Source of the DNA: Spirogloea muscicola
Taxonomy: Eukaryota
DNA length: 43,481 nucleotides
Reading direction: 5' to 3'
Assembly (NCBI GenBank): GCA_009602725.1
Contig: WELB01000014.1
Location: 908,234 to 951,714, forward strand
The position numbers and the translations under genes are program-made. Positions within the stretch are counted from its first letter, which is position 1; each line of letters begins with the position of its first letter. The notes under the pieces are model-generated. The model saw only the letters and a list, made by a program, of their open reading frames with translations, searched no databases and was not told where the DNA came from. Of this stretch, positions 1 through 10,400 are shown in pieces.

Positions 1-93
<93 letters not shown>
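1..93. repeat. Poly(T) run at window edge, followed by CCCT-rich tract
   Basis: 93 consecutive T, then (CCCT)n-like sequence to about 130. The length may be an assembly artefact. Confidence 0.9.
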
Positions 94-1799
94 CCTCCCT
101 CCCTCCCTCCTCCCTCTCTCCCTCCCTGCTCCCTCGATCCCCTACTGCCTCCGTGTCCTCAGTGCTGGCAGAAGCTCCTGGTGATCTTGCCACCTCCCCT
201 GGCGGTCCAAGCTCCCACACCGGGCCAACCAGGCCAGACAGGCGGCTCGAAGCACCCCCCGCCTTCAATAAGGCCTTGCTCGCGCTTCGCGCTTCCACGC
301 CGGCACCGTAGCCTGGCGTCATGCAGTGGACGGCATCGGTGGCGCCGCGATGGGCCGGCAGCTCAAGAGGGGCCCATCCACCACCCTCCCTCTCTCTCTC
401 GTCGCACTCGGCGGTGTCAGTCAGTGTTCGTTCCTCCTCTGCCTCTCTCCGTCTCCACCCCCTCCCTCCCCTCCCTCTTCCTTTCTTCTCCCACCGCCTC
501 GCTTGCTAGCTCGTTCCATCCCTCTCTCCACTCCCCCTCTCGAGCTCTGCGCGCTCTCACTCGCATCGAACCCTCGACCTCGACCTGCCTCTGCCCCGCG
601 CCTCTGCCCACCAGCGCCGCCTCCCTCCCTCCCTCCCTCCCTCCCTCCTCCGGGGGAGCCAGAGCAGCAGCCGAGCCCCGGGCCAGGTGCCGGCGCCCAG
701 GTGCCCGCCCCAGGTGCCCCGCCAGGGAGCCCCTGCGGTTGGTGGGCCCAAGGCCGGGCCTTGCCCCCGCCGCCCGCCAACCGGTGCGCCTTGCCGCTAA
801 CTCTCTCCGACAGCTAACAGGCCCGGGCCGGCTGGCCGGCTGGCTCCGCTCCCCTTGACGGGGACGTTAGCGGGCAGGGCCAGCCGGCCCCCCCTCCTCC
901 GCTGGTCAAGGATCTTGGGATCCGGCCGGCCCGCGCCGCACGTGGACCCGCCCGTGGCCACAGAGCGCGGCACGTGGCGAGCGGAGCCCCCCCCGGGCAC
1001 TCTCCAAACCCCCGCCCTCCGACGACTCGGAAGTGCGTGCCGCTCCCGTTGACCCGCGGAGCGCTTCAGCCAATCGGAGTCCAGGAGCGGGCGACTTTCG
1101 CCAAGCGGACAGAGACTCCACCGGGGAGGGCATCCTCCCACTCCGCCAGGCCCGCCCGAGAGCGTTTGCGGCTCCGCACGCGGCATTTCGAGCGTCCCGG
1201 GCAGCGCTCGGCACCACTGCCGCTCGCCTCGCTCCGGTCCTGCGAGACAGGCACTTTCAGGCGGTCATCATGGAGGCCCAGTCGAATGGCCGATGGTTAA
1301 CGTGGGACCCTCAAGAGGGAGCACAGGCCAACTCAGCAAGAAAGGGCAAAGTTGCCACTATAGTCAGCCACGCAGAAATCTCTAGTCAACACGCGCAGGT
1401 CAAGTGACTCAGCAGAAGAATTTGCTCCCCTCTCTCCCGAGGCAGCAGCCAAGGCACGGCCAGCATAGAGATGCAAGGCCTAAGCCTGGCATTGCTGCAA
1501 CGTACTGCGCAGATGCATATTGAAAATGGAAGGATGATCGTGTAGCCACGGCTGCTGGTGCGGCTGCTATGTCAGCCTGTTGCAAGCTCGCCTCCTCTGC
1601 ATCGGTGTGACTGACCTCACGCTGGTCCGATGAGCCGGCATTTTTGCGTCATTGTAATGTTACTTTTGTCTGTTGTGGTCAACCGTCTTAGCTCCTCCTC
1701 TTCTCCACTCAAAGTCCTCCATTAATTGTCTGCCCTTCATTGAAGGACCAGCAGATCGCCCTCGTCTCGGCGGTACAGACGCGAATCCGCTCTTGGTAA

Positions 1800-1992
1800 C
1801 ACACAGAGTTAGTCTGATAGCACACAGAGTTCAGCGCAGCACAAAAGCTCTGCCTGACCGCACACAGAGGCCGATCTAGGATAGACTAAACTCCGCCTGG
1901 TCGCAGACAGAGGCCGGACTAGCACAGGCTCCGTCTGGCCGCACAGAGCCGCAACCGTAGTGGGTGGCAGCCATAGCTAGGGCGCACAGAAT
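1800..1992 (+). repeat. Degenerate short tandem repeat with a CACAGAG core, period about 40 bp
   Basis: CACACAGAG/CAGACAGAG/GCACAGAG cores near 1800, 1821, 1861, 1903, 1941 and 1984. Confidence 0.4.
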
Positions 1993-2055
1993 GGGTGATC
2001 GCCCCAGCATCCATGATGTGCCGGGGCCTCCCTGGCTGGCGGGCCACGTCTCATC

Positions 2056-2621
2056 GTGGTGACAACCGACTCCTACGACCGCTTGCACCCCTCGCAATGT
2101 GCCTCCAAGGCTGGCTATTCGGTGGCCTGCGCAGCCCGGGCCAAGGGATTGAAGTACGCTGACCACTCACGGGAGGACGAAATCATCCTGCTCGCCATCG
2201 ACAGCCACGGTTTGTTGGGCGCTCGGTGGCTCGAGCTGCTCAACCAGCTCTGGCGCCACGCCATCTCCCGCCGCTACCATGGGGAGCCGGCGGATTTTCA
2301 TGGTAGCAGGCTCGCTCGCACAGGTGTATCGAATGCGCCTGTCCGTCTCGCTGCAGAGGTCCATGGCTCGGGCAATGCATCTGCGTGCCGGTCGTGCCCT
2401 CGCTGCGGCCTCCGGCTCTGGCCTGGGGAGCCGCTACCAGGAGCCCAATTTCTCCGACCTGCGGCTGCTTAGCAGGGGTTACTGAGTTTCCCGTTGCGTC
2501 GTCTTGTGTCTAGCTGTGTACATTTCCATTTCGGCATCTATTTGGCTATTTGAATTCTGTCCAGTCTTTGAGGGCTGGCCTCTGCCAGCCCCTCTTCTCT
2601 ATGGGCACGCAATTTCTTCTT
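2056..2621 (+). mobile_element. 5'-truncated non-LTR retrotransposon (restriction-like endonuclease, CRE-like): C-terminus plus 3' UTR
   Basis: Frameshifted ORFs read VTTD...AARAKGLKYADH...LAIDSHG and then YRMRLSVSLQRSMARAMHLRAGRALAAASG...SDLRLLSRGY* (stop ends 2485). This resembles the RLE tail of CRE-type elements. A GGGCTGGC-CTCT-GCCAGCCC hairpin lies at 2572-2591. Confidence 0.75.
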
Positions 2622-2869
2622 TACAGAGAGGCTCCAACGGCCCAATAGGCTGAGTCAGATGGCTACCCAACCCGACCCGCTGATTAACCACATCATTACA
2701 TTCAACACGAAGAAGCCGAGGCTGTTACGTCGCAGTTGACAAGTATTACTATAGGAGCATTCAATTTTGAACGTCGAACAGGGACACCGCTCGACACGCG
2801 AGCTGGAGCAGAAGGTTAAGCTACCCAGCCCATATGCTCTGAATGTGTAGTGCGAGTAGACGGACTCAT

Positions 2870-3060
2870 CCTTCACCAGATGGCCGGCATACTTCAGTTC
2901 CTTGGCCCCGGGTGGCATTGACAGCCACGTGCTCTGCCCCTCAACGGTGACGTGACCGGGCTGGTGTAGTCGAAAGCGTCCGTGGTGACCACATCGGCAA
3001 CGATGCGGTGCCCTTTGCCGGTCGTGGCGGCCACCAGGTTGACACGCCTTTTACGGGGTG
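2870..3060 (-). mobile_element. Degenerate RLE-domain fragment of the same non-LTR family
   Basis: Minus strand reads RRVNLVAATTGKGHRIVADVVTTDAF and, after a frameshift, AKELKYAGHL. This parallels VTTD...AKGLKYADH at 2056. Confidence 0.6.
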
Positions 3061-4550
3061 CGTCGGCCCCTGCAGGGCAGTGATCTAGCTGATGACTTCG
3101 GCAGCTAGTACACGAGGCGACTCCTCCAGCTGCTGACAATCTCTCCAGCCGTTGCGGCTGCAGATCGGGGGTGATTGAGCAGCCTAGTGGTCACTTGCTT
3201 TCCAGCGTGGTCAACGACGTCCAAATCTCTTTGAACCTTGCCCATTTTTGGGCTAGCCTTTCAGTGTCATCGTAACGAGCAACTGATGGGTGACCGGGTG
3301 ATTGTTCTAACGGCTGGGGGTTAGCAGCCGGAGTTGGACGCTAACTTGTAGTGCAGCATCTGCGCGACTGTCTGTTACATTGGAAGGAATTCACGACTAG
3401 ACTAAAACGTTTCTACGTACTTCTGATAAGTGACGTGTCCGTCACACCAGCCATTGCCTTAAATTGGAAGAATTCTTTCATTTTATTACGGGGCATTGAC
3501 GGGGAGAGTTGGCATGGCGGTGGTGGCCAACAAATGGGTACTTTGTCGGTGGTAGACCTTAATGCCGTGAACAGGTCGTGGACGGGTAGCTACCGACAGA
3601 AAACCGTCGGTAGCAGAATTTTGATGTCTTGCTTTTTGCGCAATCCGGCCACTCCAGACCTTGTCCATTCTTTAGGGGGTGGCCTCTCACAGCCACCATT
3701 TAACTTGGAAGCGCTGTCCTCCCTCACAATGTCTCTCCTTCTTCTCCCATGATGCGTCACTCAACCTGGCACAGTCGGAGTGGTGCCCCTTGGTTAGAAT
3801 GCGAAACGGAGAACGGGGGTCTTGCAGTCCATTGGGCTATATCTAAAGGCATCCGGGATAGGAAGGATTGAACTTTGTCGCCACCCTCAGACCCCAGAAG
3901 CTTGTCACTGCAGTATCCGCTGCGTAGAATGCCACTGCAGCCCCATCCCAATGCCTTCTCCGCTTTCCTGAGAAACAGCTCATCCAATGTAATACGATGG
4001 CCGTGAGAGGCCAGCCCAAAACCTATACGTAGCCTGGGCTGCCTTGCTCTGCCGGCAGCCCGGGTATGGCTTTCCGCAGCATTCGTGACAGCACTTTGTA
4101 CATGGGCCACCCAGGTCCTCCATCACTCAATCCACGTCTTTCCATCTAGCCGGTACTCGCACCGTAGAACACGTAGCTCTCTGAAAGGCTTCCAATGTGC
4201 GTTGTGCTATCCGTCTCTTCTGGACCTTGTCATTCTTTTGTGGCTTGGCCCTTTGCAACCCTCAGCCCCTTGGGTAGAGCTACGTATCTACGTTTCTAGG
4301 GAGAAAAAACTATTTCAATGTACGGCAATGGCTGGAAGAAGCAAAGGAATGGATAAGATCTGGAATGGCGGGAAAGCGCTAAAGCCCGAACTAGTCTTCA
4401 TGACTTTTGCAAGTTGACGCTCAAAAATTTCTAGGAGCAAGTGCAGATTCGCATTACTAGAGGGCAGAAAAGCGTCGTCAGAATGGGCGAGCGCTTTCCA
4501 CGGCTAGTCAAGGTGAATGGAGTGTATTCTGAGTGGTGAAGAGCCTGAGT

Positions 4551-4663
4551 GGCCTCGTACAAAGGCAAGCACATTGACAGATGTACATCACCTGCTGCTA
4601 AGCTGACCCGCTCAGTAACCACGAGTCAGCACATAGAGGTCGCTAACTGATGCCTGAACACCG
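4551..4663 (-). mobile_element. 3'-end fragment of the non-LTR family
   Basis: Reverse complement encodes SDLYVLTRGY* plus 3' UTR and closely matches plus-strand 37188-37303 (shared core GCGACCTCTATGTGCTGACTCGTGGTTACTGAGCGGGTCAGCTTAGCAGCAGGTGA). Confidence 0.8.
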
Positions 4664-5039
4664 AGGTGGATTATACCCCTAGAACTGGGCACTTGGGCTT
4701 TATAATCTGACATTGGGGCTTATTTCTGAGCGGCGCGGGCAGCAGGATGGGTTGTGCACCGATGCCATTCGTGGCACAAGAAGGCCATGTTCCCTGACCG
4801 AAAGTGGAGGTACCGTGCTCGCAATTTCCTTCACACCAAGCAGATGAATGACGTGCCATCATGTCGACGTGTGCAGCCACCTCTGTTTTCTTTCGTTAAA
4901 GAGCAGTAAGTCAAAGGCGAGGGCGGGGCGCTGTAGAAAGCCAGCTCAAAAACAGATGGGCACGAGGGGCCCTGGCTCTGTAGGCATCTGGGCTGGCTTC
5001 TCACAGAATTCTTCTTCCTCATCACAGCCATTGCCTTAA

Positions 5040-5545
5040 ATGGATGAGTCTTTCTCAGCGTCGTCGACAGTCTCCCATGTCTTCCCACTGGCTACTTTGG
5101 GCCTTGTTCATTTCCGCGCTGGTGATGGACGTCCATGGGGCGTTCGACAGTCGGTGGCTGGACCTCCTGTAGCGGCTTGCATGGCGGGCCATCAATTGTC
5201 AGCAGGGACAGCAAGGTGGGCTGCCCGGCTTCAACGCCGGCCGCCTGGTCGCTTGCCAGGTGTTCCGCATGCGGCTGTCTATCACCTTCCAGCATTCCCA
5301 GGCTCACGCACTGCACTTGCGGGCAGGCCGCGCTTTGGCTGCTACTGCTGGGTCTCGTCGGGGTGCCTCTTTTCCAGCTTCAACTTACTCCGACTTGCGG
5401 CTGCCGACTGGGGGTTACTAAGCCTCCACTCTTGCATAGCTGTGTCGTTTTGGCGCCTTCTGGCTTTTTGGACCTTGTCCATTCTCTCTGGGCTGGTGTT
5501 TCACAGCTCCCGCCCTCTTCGGAAGAGCTCAAATTTCTTTTCTTG
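5040..5545 (+). mobile_element. 5'-truncated non-LTR copy (RLE tail plus 3' UTR)
   Basis: Reads VFRMRLSITFQHSQAHALHLRAGRALAATAGSRRGASFPASTYSDLRLPTGGY* (TAA 5419-5421), then the GGACCTTGTCCATTC...GGGCTGG UTR motif. The 5' boundary is approximate. Confidence 0.75.
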
Positions 5546-5666
5546 TAAGCTGGCATTCCTAGCCCTCCACCTTTGAAAGAGCTACTTTTCCTCTGCTCAC
5601 TTCGAAGCGCCGGCCTCCTTTGCTGGCATTGCCTTGATCCAATACGGCATCTCGGGCTGACCATAC

Positions 5667-6270
5667 CAAATGATACACCTCCGTAGGTGGACTTCAGAGA
5701 CTACTGCACCTGGCCTTTGTGTGTATCTAGTCTCTGCTCTTTTGCCGCGTGATACCTCCTAGCGTGCTACTTTCTCGTCTCCAGCCCTGCTCAGATGTGC
5801 CGCGCATGTTGCCGCAAGGTGCCGATTTCTGCTTGCATGCGGATGTTGACCTTCTGCAACTTGATCTTTTGTTGCTCCTCGTTGCTGCACGACAGAAGGT
5901 GGCTTCTTGTTTAGTCACAAGTACAAGGACCACCCGGCGGGTGCAGCACTTCCTGGAGGCTCGGTGCCTTCCCGGTGGCTCAGTGCCTTCGGGTCTTGTG
6001 TCCTGCTACCGCATGCTGTTATCTGTGTCCCTACAGCGGTCCCAGGCGCTTGCTTTGCATCGCCGGGCCGGTCGCGCCCTTGCTGCAGCCTCTGGCTTGC
6101 GCAATGGGGTTGCTCTCCTCCTCTCAGCTCATTTGACTTCCTACTGCTGACTCGGGGGTACTTACTAAGAGCGCCCTGGCTGCCTAGCCTGTGGTTCCGT
6201 CATAAACATCTGTGTGCATCTGGCTGGCTTTCACAGCCGCTGTTTTGATATCAGCAGCCGCATCTCTTGG
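5667..6270 (+). mobile_element. 5'-truncated non-LTR copy (RLE tail plus 3' UTR)
   Basis: Reads YRMLLSVSLQRSQALALHRRAGRALAAASG, frameshifts to FDFLLLTRGY, and has the stem-loop GGCTGGCTTTCACAGCC at 6222-6238. The 5' boundary is approximate. Confidence 0.75.
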
Positions 6271-7460
6271 TCGACTTTCCCTCAGCGAAGAGTCCTTGGT
6301 CGAGCTCACACCTCATCGGCCTCAATGACAGACAAACTAGCAGCAGCTGCATCTAGGGATGAGTCAAATGGCACTGGTATAATTGCCAGTGCCATCATTG
6401 TGCGTGCAAGTACAATGAAGTTCAGGTGACCTCGTGGCAATGGGTGCCCATACAGAAAAGGACGTGGCTCACGCCTCTCGCTTGCTGATGACTGACTCGG
6501 CATATGATATTCACTCTCGTCGCTATCCTTCAGCGATACTGGTAAGGGCTGGTGTCTCTCGGTTTGTGCCAACCTTGTGGCGCTTGTTGATGTAGGTGGG
6601 CACTGATGTAAGTGGCAGCGATGCACTTAGTCAAACATCGACAATGAGAACTAGTAGTACATATATAGCTCAATACCCGCTTATCAAGCACTTGACAAGT
6701 AGGACATATGCTTATCCATGCCCTTGCCTTTCCCTTTCACAAGGCATTTCATCAAGAGGGGCTGATTGCTGGAGCTTTGGAGATCAAGATTTCCGTATGC
6801 TACTACTACATGAGCTTCATGAATCTCCCTGAGAACTTGTAAGCGGTATTACACTTCACTCCACCTTGACTCCTTTTAAGTAACAGCTGCTCAGTCAGAG
6901 GTGCAGTTCTTGCTGCCAGTGGAAGAGCTCCATCTCCGGCATAGTCTCATAACTGTGGGACAAAGCGCTAAAGTAAGAGATGTGTAAGATTCGATAAGCT
7001 CAAGTGGACAGTAAGCCGTACGCCAGGTCATAGGATGTAAATAGCTCAAATCAACTCACTCAACAAGCATGATACTATATGACTGATATGTCAATAATGT
7101 AGGCTTGTTAATTGACCACTCGTTTGTGCATGGAACGTAGACTTACAAGTGACACAAGAAGTAGGTGTGCCCATCCTCAGGATGTTCTGCTCATAATCTT
7201 CTGGAGCAACTTTTAAGTCCTGCCAAAGCACATCAGAGCCAAGTCAGCTTGGAGGACTGAGGTCTGGTTAAGCAAACATACACTTGACGAATCATACATG
7301 TGAAACCCAGCCTCAATGTGCACAGACCTGCTAACACCAATCTCAGGTATCAGCTCTTTCAGCATTCAGCAATTGATGCTCCTGTATTGAGTTGCCGGTG
7401 AAAACGCACTTAGCAACCGTGGTGGATGTGTTGGTGGTTTCTGAAGCTCAAGATGACAAC

Positions 7461-10400
7461 TCAGCCACTAAGCTGCGCTTGTGAGCACACAAAGTGGACC
7501 AGTGCCCCTCCCAATGACACTGCGAAGGCACTGAGGCCAATCCTCTTGTGACAAACGTCACAGGTGGAGTCCTCAGTCAAGAGCACGAAGCGCCTCTGCA
7601 GTAGCAGCACTTTACTTCTCACCTGGTCCCAACCAGTCAGGACCAGGGATCAGTTCTTGAGGCTCCATAACAACAAGATCATCATGCCCTCAAGGCGTCA
7701 AAGTAGCACAACGCCTCTGCAGTAATCAACAGTCAGAGGCAACATACACCCAGGGTTCTCGTACATCTGCAAACCATGTGCATGTCAAATGACTGCTGAT
7801 TGTTTGCCGTTATTTTGACCGTGCCTGCAAGTTGTCAGTTCGGCGTAGTCCTTTCACCACAGCTGAGTTGTGGCGGGTGTCTCCATCTTTCAGAAGCTTT
7901 GGCTGCAGGAAGACCAACAGCCGCTGCAACAAAAAAGTGAACCGTGTAAGCAGAAACTACGACGACTTCCTCGAGCTCACTTTCATACATTGGTGATCAC
8001 AAAAGACAATGATAGAAAGCGAGAGAATCTGACTTTATACCCTCAAGTGCTGCGGAGTCTGAGACATGTGGAGTCCATGTACCCAAAGTCTTCATGAATG
8101 CAAACGCAAAGCCCAAGACTTTGCAAACTTTGGGCTGGGATTTGGCCACCTTACCTGTAGATTAACCTCCCCAGGCACTGCAGCTAAGGCCACTAACATG
8201 TTGAGTGCACTCCATCTCCTGTCAAGAAGCCTCAGTGCCTCCTCCAGCATGACGTCTCCTCTAAATGACTTGCCAGAAGTCGAATCATTGCCCACGTCCT
8301 CATTGGCCCCCATCACCTCCTCCTGACTCCCCAACCTGTTGCTAAAGGCTTCAGTTTTTTGTGACTCCACATGCAGTGTGGAGTCACGACTTGGCTCCAC
8401 CTTTATAAGAGTCTTGTCACTTTCCATAAAGTCCTGTCGTATCTCCTCCATCCTTCGACTCTCAGGACGTGTTTGTCCAACAACCGCTTCCATGATGCCG
8501 TCTACAATTTTGTCATACTCCGTCAAGGCTGATGCTGGCTGAACATAGATCTTGAGCAGCATCATATGCAGATTGTTCCCTGGAAAGCCGGCCTCGTCCA
8601 CTGGCCAAGAAACAAGCTGTGGCTTTCTTGGGTCCTCCCTGGTAGGAACCTGATCGCAATAGGCCACCACCCTCTCAAAGTCCTCCAGCTATTGCAGGAC
8701 AAGGAGTGGAGCTTTGCTCAGCAAGAATTCTGTAGTGGGCATGATCAGCAATCTGGAGAAGACATCTACACCTCGTTTTGGCCAGAGAAGAATAGCTCAA
8801 GCACCTCCTCTGAGGCCCTGCTCCTAACAAGCACAACATACATCAGGACAAACATACATAACACCAGCCTTGCTCCATATGAGCCCAATATATCAAAGTG
8901 CCATGATCACAGTCTCACTCATTCCTTGTGATTGGACCCACTTCGCACCTTCCTGGCAAGGATGACGAGTACCACAAAATGTTGCTGAAGGGCCGAAAAA
9001 ATCAGTGACCTTTCCAGGAAGAGCTTGTCCCTTGGAAAGTGAGGGAGGATAGATATAGCGTCATACAGAAAAGGAGGGCCACTCAGAGCTGCTACAAGCT
9101 TCTTGCGAGCATCACTCATCATACTCCTGTCAGCAGGGCTGTCTCCTTGATTGGCCTCCCGCAGCACAGCCTTCAGGTGAAGGAGGATCTGCAGTAGTCA
9201 AGAGCTGACATTAGCGAAGTTTGTTGCCATTGCTTAAGTGAAAGAATGTCTCAAATCTGCAGACTCGTGCCAGATGTGGAGTAGGTGGTATGAATTTCCA
9301 CATAAGATTAATGGAGTCTTCTGTCATCCTGCTTTGACTGGCGTTCCGTGCACGATGCACGAAGTGAAAGAGTTAAAAGGCTTCTCTTCTTAGGAGCTAC
9401 ATTTAAGTAGTGTTCTGCTTACAAGTCTGGTTTGGAGTTCTCGCTGTGGAGTACTAACTCCATTCGCACTGCTGCCGACCAGGACTGCCTCCAGGTAAGA
9501 GGACTGCAACTGGGGGGCAAATTGCTTCAATTGCTGCAAGGCAATGTCTGCCACAAATGACTTGATCATGTAAGGGCAGATCCAGAGAGAGGCGACGTTC
9601 ACAAGCCACTACGACTAGATCAGACAGCCTGTCTACGTCTTGTCAGACTCATTAGTTGTGCTGTTTTGGGCGATCTGCCAGTCTGCTTAGGCACGTGCTG
9701 TTAATTAATGCAGCTGTAAAATAAGCAGGCCCTATGATACTCCAAGGTGTACTGATCAACGAGTGTGAATCAAGGCATTAACGCCCTTACACAACATAAT
9801 TGCATGATAACATCACAAGATCGACCTTAACATCGTACCTGGAGGCAGGGGTGGATGTATGGATGCTAGCAGGGAGAATCCTTGCTCAGGATGCTTTTGC
9901 AGCAGCCAAGCCAGGTTGCCAACAAGCACGTCCCGGTCACCCTGCCCCAGTGCCTGTCAAATGGTCAACCCTCTCCAGAGGTAACACATCAGAAATTCCT
10001 GCCTCTGTAGCCTCTGTTGCATCTGTAGCTTCAGTATGGCACAACTGGTGCTACACCAAAGTCTAGAAACAGCCGCAACACAAGCTTACAGAGGTCCAAC
10101 AAGATCTAGCATAGAAGTTTCAGCCTCAGTTATGTCCATGACAGCTTTGCAATAAGAAGAGGTTCACCTTGAGGTAGTCCAGTAAGGCTGTCAGCTGCTC
10201 AGTAGTGGCCGCACCCTCCACTTGGTCGTGCAGCAGCTGCAATGCTTCTTGGTGCAGCCCGTTGGCTTTATAGAGCTGCACCAGCAGCTGTCTGCCGCCA
10301 CCTCTGACCTCCAAGAAGCTCCGGCAAGTCTCCACGTCGCAGTAATTTGGGGCGAACAGGAAAGCTGCCACTGACGCTGTGTCGGCCTCCGTCTGCAGAA

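Noticed and set aside
1..93. Poly(T), and poly(A) at 27134-27255, as retroposon tails
   Set aside because: One lies at the window edge and the other abuts a gap, no element body or TSD is visible, and the lengths may be assembly artefacts.
181..1407. Several overlapping ORFs of 100-225 aa
   Set aside because: GC-rich, low-complexity sequence with no recognisable domain or consistent splice structure. It could be a TE 5' region, but I cannot support a call.
1800..1992. Spaced short repeats resembling a CRISPR array
   Set aside because: Repeat cores are only about 8 bp and degenerate, the context is eukaryotic, and there are no cas genes.
6368..6395. 10-bp hairpin ATGGCACTGG/CCAGTGCCAT
   Set aside because: Single short inverted repeat, too small for a miRNA precursor or MITE, and plausible by chance.
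8740..8823. Exon-like segment inside a VPS39 intron
   Set aside because: Phase-0 use gives an in-frame TGA, and the flanking exons join correctly without it.
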